DNA from: Streptosporangiaceae bacterium
Lineage (GTDB): Bacteria > Actinomycetota > Actinomycetes > Streptosporangiales > Streptosporangiaceae
Direction: 5' to 3'
NCBI GenBank assembly: GCA_036273575.1
Contig: DASUHI010000123.1
Span: forward strand, 1 to 51,770
DNA length: 51,770 bases
The notes beneath the pieces are model-generated. The model saw nothing but the letters and a program-made list of their open reading frames with translations, searched no databases and was not told the origin of the DNA. Below, in pieces: positions 43,720 through 51,770 of this stretch (the first letter of the stretch is position 1; each line of letters begins with the position of its first letter). Both the position numbers and the translations under genes were made by a program.

Positions 43720-45153
43720 CTCCAGCAGCTGCTCTGGGCGACGCTGGATTCCGACGGGCAGCCTGCGCGTGACAGCGAAGCATGCCGCGCCGGCCGCGGC
43801 CGTGATGGCGAACGCGGCTGCGAGGCCGGCCGACAGCGACCATCCGAACCGGACGGCGGCGCTGATCGCGGCGCCGCCGACGCCGATGCCGAGCGCGCCG
43901 CCGAGGACGTCGGACAGGTTCAGCGACGCCGAGGCCCAGCCCTCGCGGCCGGTCGGCGCCTCCGCGAGCATCAGCAGCGTGGTGGGCGCGTAGCTCATTC
44001 CCATGCCGAGGCCGGCGACGGTCCACGCGGCGATCCCGACCGCGACCGCGACGCCGGAGTCCAGCATGGCGGTCAGCCCGCCGATGCCTGCCAGGATGAT
44101 CACCAGGCCGATCCTGATCAGCCGCCTGGCTTCCCAGCGGGAGTTCATCCTGGCCTGGAACCACGAACCGGCCGTCCAGGACAGCGTCGTGCCCGTCACC
44201 GCGACCCCCGCCAGCACGGGACTGCGGTGCCGCAGGATCGTGATCGCCAGCGTCACGAACGCGTCGGCACCGAAGAAGCAGAACGTCAGCAGCCCGCGGC
44301 TGAGCATCGTCGCGGGCAGCCCGTACCTGGCGGACAACGTCCCTGCTGGCAGCAGCCGGCGGAGCACTGCCAGGCCGACCGCCAGCCCCGCGACGGTCAG
44401 CGCCGCCCCCGCCAGCACGCTCGGCAGGCTGAGCGGCGCTCCCGCGCTCCTGCCTGCGACCTGCCCGGTCGCAGAGCCGACCGCGAGCGTGAGACCGCCG
44501 AGTACGAGGCCGGCGCAGACGGCGACGCCGATCCCGTCGATCAGCCGGTGCGGCTGGCCCTCGCCTGCGGGCGCCGGTTCGCGGCCGAGCCGCACCAGCG
44601 CGGGAATGGCGACAGGCCCGGTCAGCGCGATGAACGGCAGCAGCCCGAGGAACACCCACCGCCAGCCGAAGTACCTGGCGACCTCGGCGCTGAGCGCAGG
44701 ACCGGCGAGCCCCGGCGCGACCCAGGCCGTCGACAGCACGGCCATCATCCGGGCCCTGAGCCGTTCGGGAAGGCTGCGCCCGATCGCGACGTACGCGACG
44801 GCGGGAACGGCGCCCGCGCCGAGGCCCTGCAGCGTGCGCCCGGCGATCAGCACCGGCATCGAGGGAGCGAGCCCCGCGATGGTCAGCCCGGCGGCGAACA
44901 CCACGATTCCGGTTACGTAGGGAGTGGCAGGCCCGCGCTTGTCGGCGGCCCTGCCGGCCGCGACGATGCCGACCATCGTGCCGAGCAGGAACGCGCTGAA
45001 CACGTAGCCGTAAAGGCTCAGCCCGCGCAAATCCCTGGCCACGAGCGGCATCACGGTCACGACCGCGAGCGCCTCGGCCGCCACGAACGTGATGGTCGCC
45101 GCCAGCCCGAGGGTGAGCGCGCGCCGTTCGGCGGCCCAGAGTCCGGACGCCAT
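43639..45153 (-). CDS. MFS transporter (drug:H+ antiporter-like, about 14 TM)
   Basis: 504 aa and highly hydrophobic. It has an MFS motif-A-like GRAADKRG after TM2. Its 3' end overlaps ybaK convergently by 81 nt. Confidence 0.85.
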   Translation of the reverse strand: MASGLWAAERRALTLGLAATITFVAAEALAVVTVMPLVARDLRGLSLYGYVFSAFLLGTMVGIVAAGRAADKRGPATPYVTGIVVFAAGLTIAGLAPSMPVLIAGRTLQGLGAGAVPAVAYVAIGRSLPERLRARMMAVLSTAWVAPGLAGPALSAEVARYFGWRWVFLGLLPFIALTGPVAIPALVRLGREPAPAGEGQPHRLIDGIGVAVCAGLVLGGLTLAVGSATGQVAGRSAGAPLSLPSVLAGAALTVAGLAVGLAVLRRLLPAGTLSARYGLPATMLSRGLLTFCFFGADAFVTLAITILRHRSPVLAGVAVTGTTLSWTAGSWFQARMNSRWEARRLIRIGLVIILAGIGGLTAMLDSGVAVAVGIAAWTVAGLGMGMSYAPTTLLMLAEAPTGREGWASASLNLSDVLGGALGIGVGGAAISAAVRFGWSLSAGLAAAFAITAAAGAACFAVTRRLPVGIQRRPEQLLESAGPSGADGRDGGDLRVGHADQVGRS

Positions 45154-45266
45154 TGTCCCCGCTTCCCGGTTGCCGGTACGAATGCTCCACTAGCAGGGTA
45201 AAAGCTCAGGCGCGCTTGAAGTCAACCGAGATTGGCAGCTCTGGCTGCGGGACTGGCTCTACCAGG

Positions 45267-46766
45267 TCAGGAAAACGTGACGGGCCGGGAGCGGGAGAGC
45301 GGGTGGCCCTTGGCGTCGCGCGGCTCGACCGCGAAGTACGGGCCCTTGGACCTGACCTTGACGGCGGTCTCGAATCCCTTCTTGGGCGCCGTACCCGCGA
45401 CGGCCATCGATGTCTTCGACCGGCCCGCGAGCACGTTCCACGAGGCGACCTCGGTGGCGCCGTTCCAGCTCGCGTACACCACCGCGCCGCCGGCCGCGGG
45501 CTTGGCGGCGGCCGCCGGCAGCACGACGGGGTGGCCCTCCCAGTCGCCGATGAACGAGCGGTACGTCGGGTCGCCCTTGAGCAGCATGCCGTCGAGCACC
45601 AGCTTGCCGTCGGCGTCGAACTCAGAGAAGTAGGGGTTCGTGCCCCAGCCGACGAACATGCCCCCGCCAGGCAGCATCTGCGCGTTGCCCATCGCCTTGG
45701 CGAGTATGAGCTTGCCCGGGTGAATGAACTCCTTGTCCAGCGTGACGAGCATCCGGTCGTAGTCGATGTCCAGGATCAGTGCCCGCGACTGCTTCTCGTT
45801 CTTCGGCAGGACGCCGTCGTAGCCGTCGTCGAAGACCGTCAGCACGTCGGGCCCGTGCAGCCGGGTGTCGTGCTGCCAGTAGAACTGGCTGCCTGGCGCC
45901 ATCGTGAAGTCGGTCTTCTTGCCGTTCAGCCGCCAGAGGATCTCCCCGGTCTTCCTGCTGACCTTGTACATGCACCAGGTGTTCCTGGCGCCGATCAGCA
46001 GGTCGCCGTCGCCCGCGTCCTCGATGGAGTTGATGTGGAAGTAGTCGTAGGGCTTGACCTTGGTGCCGTGGCCGCCCTCGATCGGCAGGTACGTCTCGTC
46101 GAAGCCGACGTGGTCCAGGCTGTCCCAGGAGAACAGCAGCTTGCCGGTCTCGATGTCGATCTCCTGTGCCTGCCCGGACAACAGCCAGCCGCTCTTGGGG
46201 CCGCCCAGCTTGGACAGGTCGTACGGCTGCTTGTGAAACGCGGAGACGAGCGCGGTTCCCTGCGGGCTGATGTTGAACTCGTGCTCGTCCACCTGCAGGC
46301 CGTTGTGCGCGCGGATCGTGTGGGTGATCTGGTAGGAGCTGTCGGCGATCTGCGCGACGCCCTCTCCGTATCCGCCTGCGACGACCCGGCCCTGGAACCA
46401 CGTCAGGACCGGCTTGCCGCCGTAGACCTGACGCTGGAAGTCCAGCTTGCTCTGGTGGGAGCCGGTGTCAGGCGAGAACCAGACCAGTTCGCCGCTGGTG
46501 TCCATGATCATCGCGCCGCCCTGGCCTGGACCGGAGTTCGCGATGCCCAGGAACAGGTACTGCAGCTTGTGACCTGGGTCGACGTCGTGCAGCGTGACCT
46601 TCGGAGGGGTCAGATCCGGCCTGGACACATAGTGCTGCAGGTTCTTCGCCTGCCCGCGCGACTTGGAGTCACTCGACCCGCACGCAACGAGGCCGAGACC
46701 GGCGGCGGCCGCGGCGGCGGTGCCGGTCCGCCACAGCATGTCCCGCCGGGTCAAGCTCTCGTTCAT
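45267..46766 (-). CDS. Arylsulfotransferase (ASST)-family beta-propeller protein, Tat-lipoprotein
   Basis: It has a twin-arginine leader (TRRDMLW) and the lipobox LVAC. The body shows YFHINS and WRLNGK-type motifs as in ASST-family proteins. The family call was made by eye only. Confidence 0.6.
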   Translation of the reverse strand: MNESLTRRDMLWRTGTAAAAAAGLGLVACGSSDSKSRGQAKNLQHYVSRPDLTPPKVTLHDVDPGHKLQYLFLGIANSGPGQGGAMIMDTSGELVWFSPDTGSHQSKLDFQRQVYGGKPVLTWFQGRVVAGGYGEGVAQIADSSYQITHTIRAHNGLQVDEHEFNISPQGTALVSAFHKQPYDLSKLGGPKSGWLLSGQAQEIDIETGKLLFSWDSLDHVGFDETYLPIEGGHGTKVKPYDYFHINSIEDAGDGDLLIGARNTWCMYKVSRKTGEILWRLNGKKTDFTMAPGSQFYWQHDTRLHGPDVLTVFDDGYDGVLPKNEKQSRALILDIDYDRMLVTLDKEFIHPGKLILAKAMGNAQMLPGGGMFVGWGTNPYFSEFDADGKLVLDGMLLKGDPTYRSFIGDWEGHPVVLPAAAAKPAAGGAVVYASWNGATEVASWNVLAGRSKTSMAVAGTAPKKGFETAVKVRSKGPYFAVEPRDAKGHPLSRSRPVTFS

Positions 46767-46934
46767 CAGTACCTCGTTACGTGATCGGCCGCAGCCTGTG
46801 CGAATGGCGGCGCGGCGCGGTCTCCGGTAGGAGCCCTGTGGTCAGGAGCACCGCGCGGCTGGCGAGACGCACAAGCCGGGTCCGGGTGCCGACCCTCCGG
46901 CCCGGCGGTGCGGGGCCTGTTATACCCAGATACC

Positions 46935-48506
46935 TCAGCCGATCTTAACCGGAGCCGATTTCGCCAGTAGCGCGCCCTTCGCATCATATGCCTGAACAGC
47001 GAAGTACGGGCCCTTGCTGCGCACCGCGATCCCGGTCTCGAACCCTGACCGGCGGCCGGAGCCGACCTGGCGCAGCGCCGACTTCGACTTGCCCGCGAAC
47101 ACCTGCCAGGAGGCTACGTTCGTGGCGCCGTTCCAGCTTGCGTACACGACGGCGCCACCGCCCGACCTGTGCCGCGCGGCCGCCCTCGGCGGCTCGGCGG
47201 GGCGACCTGCCCACTCGCGGGTGAAGGCGCGGTAGGACTGGTCGCCGGCGGTGATGCTGCCGTCAAGAAGCAGCCTGCCGTCGTGGGCGAACTCGGAGAA
47301 GTACGGCTTGGTGCCCCAGCCCACGAACATGCCGCCGTCCTCGAGCAACTGGGCGCTGCCCATCGCGCTGGCCAGCAGCTGCTGTCCCGGGTGGATGTAG
47401 GCCTTCTCAAGCGTGACGTGCCTGCGGGTGTAGTCGACGTGCAGGACGATCGCGCGGGAGTGTTTCCCGTGCCTAGCGCCGTTGTCGAAGACGGTGATCC
47501 GGTCCTTGCTGAACGCGCGCACGTGGTGCTGCCAGTAGAAGCGGCTGTTGCGGCTCATGGTGAACTGCGAGCGCTTGCCGCTCAGCCGCCACACGATGGT
47601 GCCGGCCTTGTTTCGCTTGACGCGATAGATCGTCCACGTGTTGCGCCCGGAGATGAGCACGTCGCCTGAGCTGTCACCGGCGGGCGAGAACGAGTTGATG
47701 TGGAAGTAGTTGTACGGCTGCGCCCTGGTGCCGTCGCCGGGGGAAATGGTCTCGTGACTCTCGCGCAACGGGACGTGATTGATGCTGTCCCACTCCCACA
47801 GCAAGTCCCCGGTCGCGATGTCGATTTCCTGGGCCACACCGGAGACCACGTAGCCGTTCCTCGGCCCGTGGTGCGCGGTCAGGTCGATGCCTGAGTGCAT
47901 CCTGTACAACGTGATGAACGCGGTTCCCTGCGCGGTGACGTAGAAGTCGTGGAAGTCGGCGAGCTCACCGTCCGGCGGCCGGATAACGTGCTTGATCTTG
48001 TAGGAGGAGTCGGCGATGATCAGTTCGCCCTTGCCGAATCCCTGGTTGACCTGGCCCTGGAACCAGGTCAGCACCGGGTTGCCCTTGTAGGTCTGGACGT
48101 CGAAGTTCATGTGGTGGTGCGCCGCGGTGTTCGGCCCGAACCAGACGAAGTGGCCGTGGTGGTCCAGGATGTACGCCCCGCCGTGCCCCGGCCCGGAGTA
48201 CGGGGCGTTGAGGAAGAGATAGCGCGGATGGCTTGGCACACCGTGTCGCCTGATGCTGATCTGAGGCGGCGTCAGGTCGGGGCGCGACACGAACGGCGGG
48301 CCCGAGGACACGTCGGCCGCCGACTGGACCACCGTGCCGCCCGACGAGCACGCGGCGAGACTGGCCCCTGCGACACCCGCCGCGGAAACGCCGGCCAGCC
48401 CGAGCAGCCTCCTGCGGCTCAACGTCTCCTGGAGCGCGCCCGTCGGCAGAGCCGCCGCGCGGCCGCTCTGTGAATCCGTGAGCCCGCGGCTGGAGTCGTC
48501 GGTCAT
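46935..48506 (-). CDS. Arylsulfotransferase (ASST)-family beta-propeller protein, Tat-lipoprotein (paralog)
   Basis: It is roughly half-identical to the downstream paralog over the full length (SRPDLTPP, PVLTWFQG, IADSSY, YFHINS, GGMFVGWGT.PYFSEF, AVVYASWNGAT). It has an RRRLLGL Tat motif and the lipobox LAAC. Confidence 0.6.
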   Translation of the reverse strand: MTDDSSRGLTDSQSGRAAALPTGALQETLSRRRLLGLAGVSAAGVAGASLAACSSGGTVVQSAADVSSGPPFVSRPDLTPPQISIRRHGVPSHPRYLFLNAPYSGPGHGGAYILDHHGHFVWFGPNTAAHHHMNFDVQTYKGNPVLTWFQGQVNQGFGKGELIIADSSYKIKHVIRPPDGELADFHDFYVTAQGTAFITLYRMHSGIDLTAHHGPRNGYVVSGVAQEIDIATGDLLWEWDSINHVPLRESHETISPGDGTRAQPYNYFHINSFSPAGDSSGDVLISGRNTWTIYRVKRNKAGTIVWRLSGKRSQFTMSRNSRFYWQHHVRAFSKDRITVFDNGARHGKHSRAIVLHVDYTRRHVTLEKAYIHPGQQLLASAMGSAQLLEDGGMFVGWGTKPYFSEFAHDGRLLLDGSITAGDQSYRAFTREWAGRPAEPPRAAARHRSGGGAVVYASWNGATNVASWQVFAGKSKSALRQVGSGRRSGFETGIAVRSKGPYFAVQAYDAKGALLAKSAPVKIG

Positions 48507-48695
48507 GGGCTGAGCCTCCGGGGTCGGGGAGATAGGCGCGCCGTGCCCTCGGCGCGTTCATTGTGCCGCAAAGGCGGCGCGGCGGACGCACGAACGGTCA
48601 TCCTAGCCGGATCCTGACAATGCGTTGACCGACGTCCGCTCCGCCCTTGACCTGCGCGTTCTGTCAGACAGTGGGGGAAGGAACGCGGTGCTGGC

Positions 48696-50378
48696 CTAGG
48701 CTCCCGGTGGCAGGCAGATGGCTCCGCGGTCGGCGCCCGACACCAGCGCGGCGTACTTGGCGAGCGCCCCGCTGGTGTAGTTCGGCGCCTGGCGCTTCCA
48801 CCCCGCCCGCCGCCGGTCCAGTTCAGCGTCGTCGACCAGCAGGTCGAGGCGCCGCTGCGGCACGTCGAGGAGGATCTGGTCGCCGTCGGCGACCAGCGCG
48901 ATCGGCCCGCCGTCGAACGCCTCGGGCGCCGTGTGCGCGATGCACGCGCCGAACGTCGCGCCTGAGAACCTGCCGTCGGTGACCAGCACCACGTCCTTGC
49001 CGAGCCCGGCACCCTTGATCGCCGCGGTCACGGCCAGCATCTCCCGCATGCCGGGGCCGCCCTTCGGGCCTTCGTTGCGGATCACGACGACGTCGCCCTT
49101 GGCGACCTTGCCGCCGGTGATGGCCGCGAAGCAGTCTTCCTCGCGCTCGAACACGCGCGCGGTGCCTTCGAACCGCAGCGTCTGCAGGCCAGGCACCTTC
49201 ACGACGGCGCCGTTCGGCGCCAGGCTGCCGCGCAGCACCGCGAGCCCGCCCTCGGCCAGCAGCGGGTCACTCACCGGCCTGACGACCTGGCCGTCCGGAG
49301 CGGGCGCGGCCGCGACGTTCTCGGCGAGCGTCTTGCCGTTCACCGCGATCGCGCTGCCGTCGATCAGCCCCGCGCCGAGCAGTTCGCGGAGCACCACGGG
49401 CAGCCCGCCGGCTTGGTCGAGCTCGCTCATCACGAACCGGCCGGCCGGGCGCATGGACGCGATCAACGGCGTCCGCCTGCTGACCATGTCGAAGTCGTCG
49501 AGCGTGAGGTCGACCTGGGCCTCCGCCGCGATGGCGAGGAGGTGCAGGACGGCATTCGTCGAACCCGCCGTCGCCATCACCACCGCTGCCGCGTTCAGGA
49601 ACGCGGTCCTGGTCATGATGTCGCGCGGGCGCAGGCCGGCCGCGAGTGCCTGCACCGCGACCTCGCCGGTCGCGCGGGCGAGCGCGGTCCGCTCGGCGCT
49701 GACCGCGGGCGGCGACGCGGCGCCCGGCAGCGCCATCCCGAGCGCCTCCGAGCAGGCCGACATCGTGTTCGCCGTGTACATGCCCGCGCACGAGCCGGCG
49801 CCCGGGCAGGCGGCCCGCTCGACCGCGAGCAGGTCGGCGTCGGACATCTCGCCCGCCGCCTGGGCGCCCACCGCCTCGAACACGTCCTGGATCGTCAGCG
49901 TCCTGCCAAGGGCGTGACCAGGCAGGATGGTGCCGCCGTAGAGGAACGCGGACGGCACGTTCAGCCTCGCGCACGCCATCAGCATCCCTGGCAGCGACTT
50001 GTCGCAGCCCGCGATCGCGACCAGCGCGTCGAACCGCTCGGCGTGCACCATCAGCTCGACGGAATCGGCGATGACCTCGCGGCTGACCAGCGACGCCTTC
50101 ATGCCCTCGTGGCCCATCGCGATCCCGTCGGAGACCGCGATGGTGCCGAACTCGATCGGGACGGCGCCGCCCTGCCTGACGCCCTCCTTGGCGGCGCCCG
50201 CGAGCCCGTTCAGGTGCAGGTTGCAGGGCGTCACCTCGTTCCACGACGACGCGACGGCGACCTGCGGAAGCTGCAGGTCCTCCTCGCTCAGCCCGACAGC
50301 GCGCAGCATCGCGCGCTGCGGCGCCCTCGCCGGGCCTGTGGTCAGCGGGCCGCTCCGCGGACGCGGAAGATTAGTCAT
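48696..50378 (-). CDS. ilvD: Dihydroxy-acid dehydratase
   Basis: The start is trimmed to ATG 50378. It is IlvD/Edd family throughout ([37 protein letters not shown], ...TDGRFSGAT). Confidence 0.95.
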   Translation of the reverse strand: MTNLPRPRSGPLTTGPARAPQRAMLRAVGLSEEDLQLPQVAVASSWNEVTPCNLHLNGLAGAAKEGVRQGGAVPIEFGTIAVSDGIAMGHEGMKASLVSREVIADSVELMVHAERFDALVAIAGCDKSLPGMLMACARLNVPSAFLYGGTILPGHALGRTLTIQDVFEAVGAQAAGEMSDADLLAVERAACPGAGSCAGMYTANTMSACSEALGMALPGAASPPAVSAERTALARATGEVAVQALAAGLRPRDIMTRTAFLNAAAVVMATAGSTNAVLHLLAIAAEAQVDLTLDDFDMVSRRTPLIASMRPAGRFVMSELDQAGGLPVVLRELLGAGLIDGSAIAVNGKTLAENVAAAPAPDGQVVRPVSDPLLAEGGLAVLRGSLAPNGAVVKVPGLQTLRFEGTARVFEREEDCFAAITGGKVAKGDVVVIRNEGPKGGPGMREMLAVTAAIKGAGLGKDVVLVTDGRFSGATFGACIAHTAPEAFDGGPIALVADGDQILLDVPQRRLDLLVDDAELDRRRAGWKRQAPNYTSGALAKYAALVSGADRGAICLPPGA

Positions 50379-50441
50379 GTTTCTAAGCCCTTCTAGCGAT
50401 AACGGGACGTTCAAAGCTGGTGCTCGCGCCAAGGTCGGTCC

Positions 50442-51770
50442 TTACACCGGGACAAGCGCTTCCGCGCCTGCCCGCAGCAGGCCGTAGCTGATCCCGTCGG
50501 CGAGCGCCTCCCAGGACGCGGTGACGATGTCGTCGGACACCCCGACCGTGGTCCACTCGCCCTCGTGATCGGCCGAGGTGAGCATCACCCTGGTGACCGC
50601 GCTGGTGGCATCTCTGCCGTCCAGGATGCGCACCTTGTAGTCGACCAGGTGAATGCTGGCCAGCTCCGGGTACAACTCGGACAGCGCCTTGCGCAGCGCC
50701 TGGTCGAGCGCGTGCACGGGCCCGACACCCTCGCCGACGGCCACCACCCGCTGCTCGCCGAGCAGCAGCCGCACGATGGCCTCGGAGCGATCTTCTCCAC
50801 CGCTCTTCTCGATCACCACGCGGTAGCCTTCGAGGTCGAACCACGACGGCATCCGCCCCGCGACGCGCCTGACCAGCAGCTCGAACGAGGCGTCTGCGGC
50901 CTCGAACGCGTACCCGCGGTGCTCGGCCTCCTTGATTTCCTCGAGCACCTCGGTGGCGACGTCGCCTTCCAGGTCGAGCCCCATCTCGGCGGCCTTGACC
51001 AGCACGTTGCTGCGCCCGGCCAGCTCGCTGACCAGCACGTGCGCCCTGTTGCCCACTCGCTCGGGGTTGACGTGGGAGTACGCGTCGGGCCGCCGCGCGA
51101 TGGCGGACGCGTGCAGCCCCGCCTTCGTCGCGAACGCCGACGACCCCACGTAGGGCTGCTTGGCGTCGAACGGCAGGTTGGCGAGCTCGGCGATCTCCCG
51201 CGCGGTCGCCGCGAGCGCGCCGAGCCTGCCAGGGGGCAGCAGCTCATGCTCTCGCTTCAGCTCAAGTCCCGCGATGACCGCGAACAGGTCCGCGTTCCCG
51301 CACCGCTCCCCGTACCCGTTCGCCGCCCCCTGGACGTGCGTCGCGCCCTCGCCGACCGCGACTAGCGAGTTAGCGACAGCGCACGCCGAGTCGTTATGAC
51401 AGTGCACCCCGACCCGCAGCTCGGGAGAGCGCCCGAGCACGTCGCGCACGATCCGCACGATGTCATCGGGCAGCGTCCCGCCGTTCGTGTCGCACAGCGC
51501 GAGCGTGTCGGCGCCAGCCTCCGCGGCCGCGGCGAGACACTCGAGCGCGTACGAAGAATCCGCCGCGTACCCGTCGAAGAAGTGCTCGGCGTCGAACACG
51601 ACCCTGCGCCCCTCGCGCACGAAGAACCGCGCCGAGTCAGCGATCATCGCGAGGTTCTCCTCGCGCGTGGTCCGCAATGCCTCGTCCACGTGCAGCGTCC
51701 ACGACTTCCCGACGAGCGTCACGATCGGCGTGCTCGCGACCAGCAGCGTCTCCAGGTCCGAATCCCCGTC
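50442..51770 (-). CDS. cimA: Citramalate synthase / LeuA-family (CimA-type), 5'-partial (runs off window end)
   Basis: The frame is open to nt 51770. The DRE-TIM core motif is HCHNDSACAVANSLVAVGEGATHVQGAANGYGERCGNA. The C-terminal LeuA-dimerisation/regulatory domain and overall length pattern fit the CimA clade. Confidence 0.8.
   Translation of the reverse strand, partial: DGDSDLETLLVASTPIVTLVGKSWTLHVDEALRTTREENLAMIADSARFFVREGRRVVFDAEHFFDGYAADSSYALECLAAAAEAGADTLALCDTNGGTLPDDIVRIVRDVLGRSPELRVGVHCHNDSACAVANSLVAVGEGATHVQGAANGYGERCGNADLFAVIAGLELKREHELLPPGRLGALAATAREIAELANLPFDAKQPYVGSSAFATKAGLHASAIARRPDAYSHVNPERVGNRAHVLVSELAGRSNVLVKAAEMGLDLEGDVATEVLEEIKEAEHRGYAFEAADASFELLVRRVAGRMPSWFDLEGYRVVIEKSGGEDRSEAIVRLLLGEQRVVAVGEGVGPVHALDQALRKALSELYPELASIHLVDYKVRILDGRDATSAVTRVMLTSADHEGEWTTVGVSDDIVTASWEALADGISYGLLRAGAEALVPV

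Noticed and set aside
45153-46784. 543-aa plus-strand ORF opposite the first ASST-like gene (similar cases: 27157-28659, 28788-30155, 10603-11712, 43697-45190)
   Set aside because: All overlap genes that have strong motif support on the other strand or frame, and all translate to low-complexity Arg/Gly/Asp/Pro-rich sequence. I treated them as non-coding shadows.
48655-48687. Stem-loop CGCGTTC-N19-GAACGCG downstream of ilvD as a terminator
   Set aside because: The stem is 7 bp with a large loop and no U-tract. It is plausible but not distinguishable from chance in GC-rich DNA.
1-51770. Mobile elements, prophage, tRNA/rRNA genes, CRISPR-Cas, toxin-antitoxin pairs
   Set aside because: None of the translations shows an integrase, transposase, recombinase, Cas or typical TA signature. 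No cloverleaf-like or rRNA-like segment was seen in the intergenic regions.

Overview
This is a 51.8-kb window of high-GC actinomycete chromosome (GC3-biased codon usage, GTG/TTG starts, many antisense shadow ORFs). It is densely coding, and I support about 43 genes. I found no rRNA, tRNA, CRISPR array, transposase or integrase. All product calls rest on motifs read by eye from the supplied translations, since no database search was possible.

Gene content in order:
- A 5'-truncated low-complexity protein that begins inside a nucleotide-perfect (ARTEQ)n coding repeat.
- Two GNAT acetyltransferases flanking mscL.
- A PotABCD/PhnSTUV-type ABC importer, coupled to a gamma-butyrobetaine-hydroxylase-like 2OG dioxygenase and an HD-domain protein. 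This pair looks like a PhnY*/PhnZ- or TmpA/TmpB-type oxidative phosphonate C-P cleavage module.
- A minus-strand run of NiCoT nickel transporter, DinB-like protein and cupin, preceded by a Nur-box-like site.
- A prolyl oligopeptidase, then a PP2C phosphatase followed by an SDR.
- A LacI regulator next to a divergent promoter region with three LacI-type operators. These appear to control an alpha/beta hydrolase on one side and a 10-gene, largely translationally coupled operon on the other. The operon encodes a 3-HIBDH-like dehydrogenase, a Liv-type ABC importer, a CrtI-like flavoenzyme, an atypical M24 hydrolase and an orphan TPP E1 alpha/beta pair. It is a catabolic module of unknown substrate and the best candidate for something undescribed.
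- A 25-bp perfect palindrome, then a low-GC structured leader that resembles a ydaO-type c-di-AMP riboswitch, in front of a secreted lytic transglycosylase.
- A beta-lactamase-fold serine hydrolase and an S9 peptidase, arranged divergently.
- A divergent Ndk paralog with an EcsC-like protein downstream.
- A phosphodiester glycosidase, a decaprenyl-phosphate phosphoribosyltransferase and a DprE2-like reductase, with no DprE1.
- An NB-ARC/TPR STAND NTPase followed by an AT-rich spacer.
- GT4 glycosyltransferase, ybaK and an MFS transporter.
- Two tandem Tat-lipoprotein arylsulfotransferase-like paralogs.
- ilvD and a 5'-truncated cimA.
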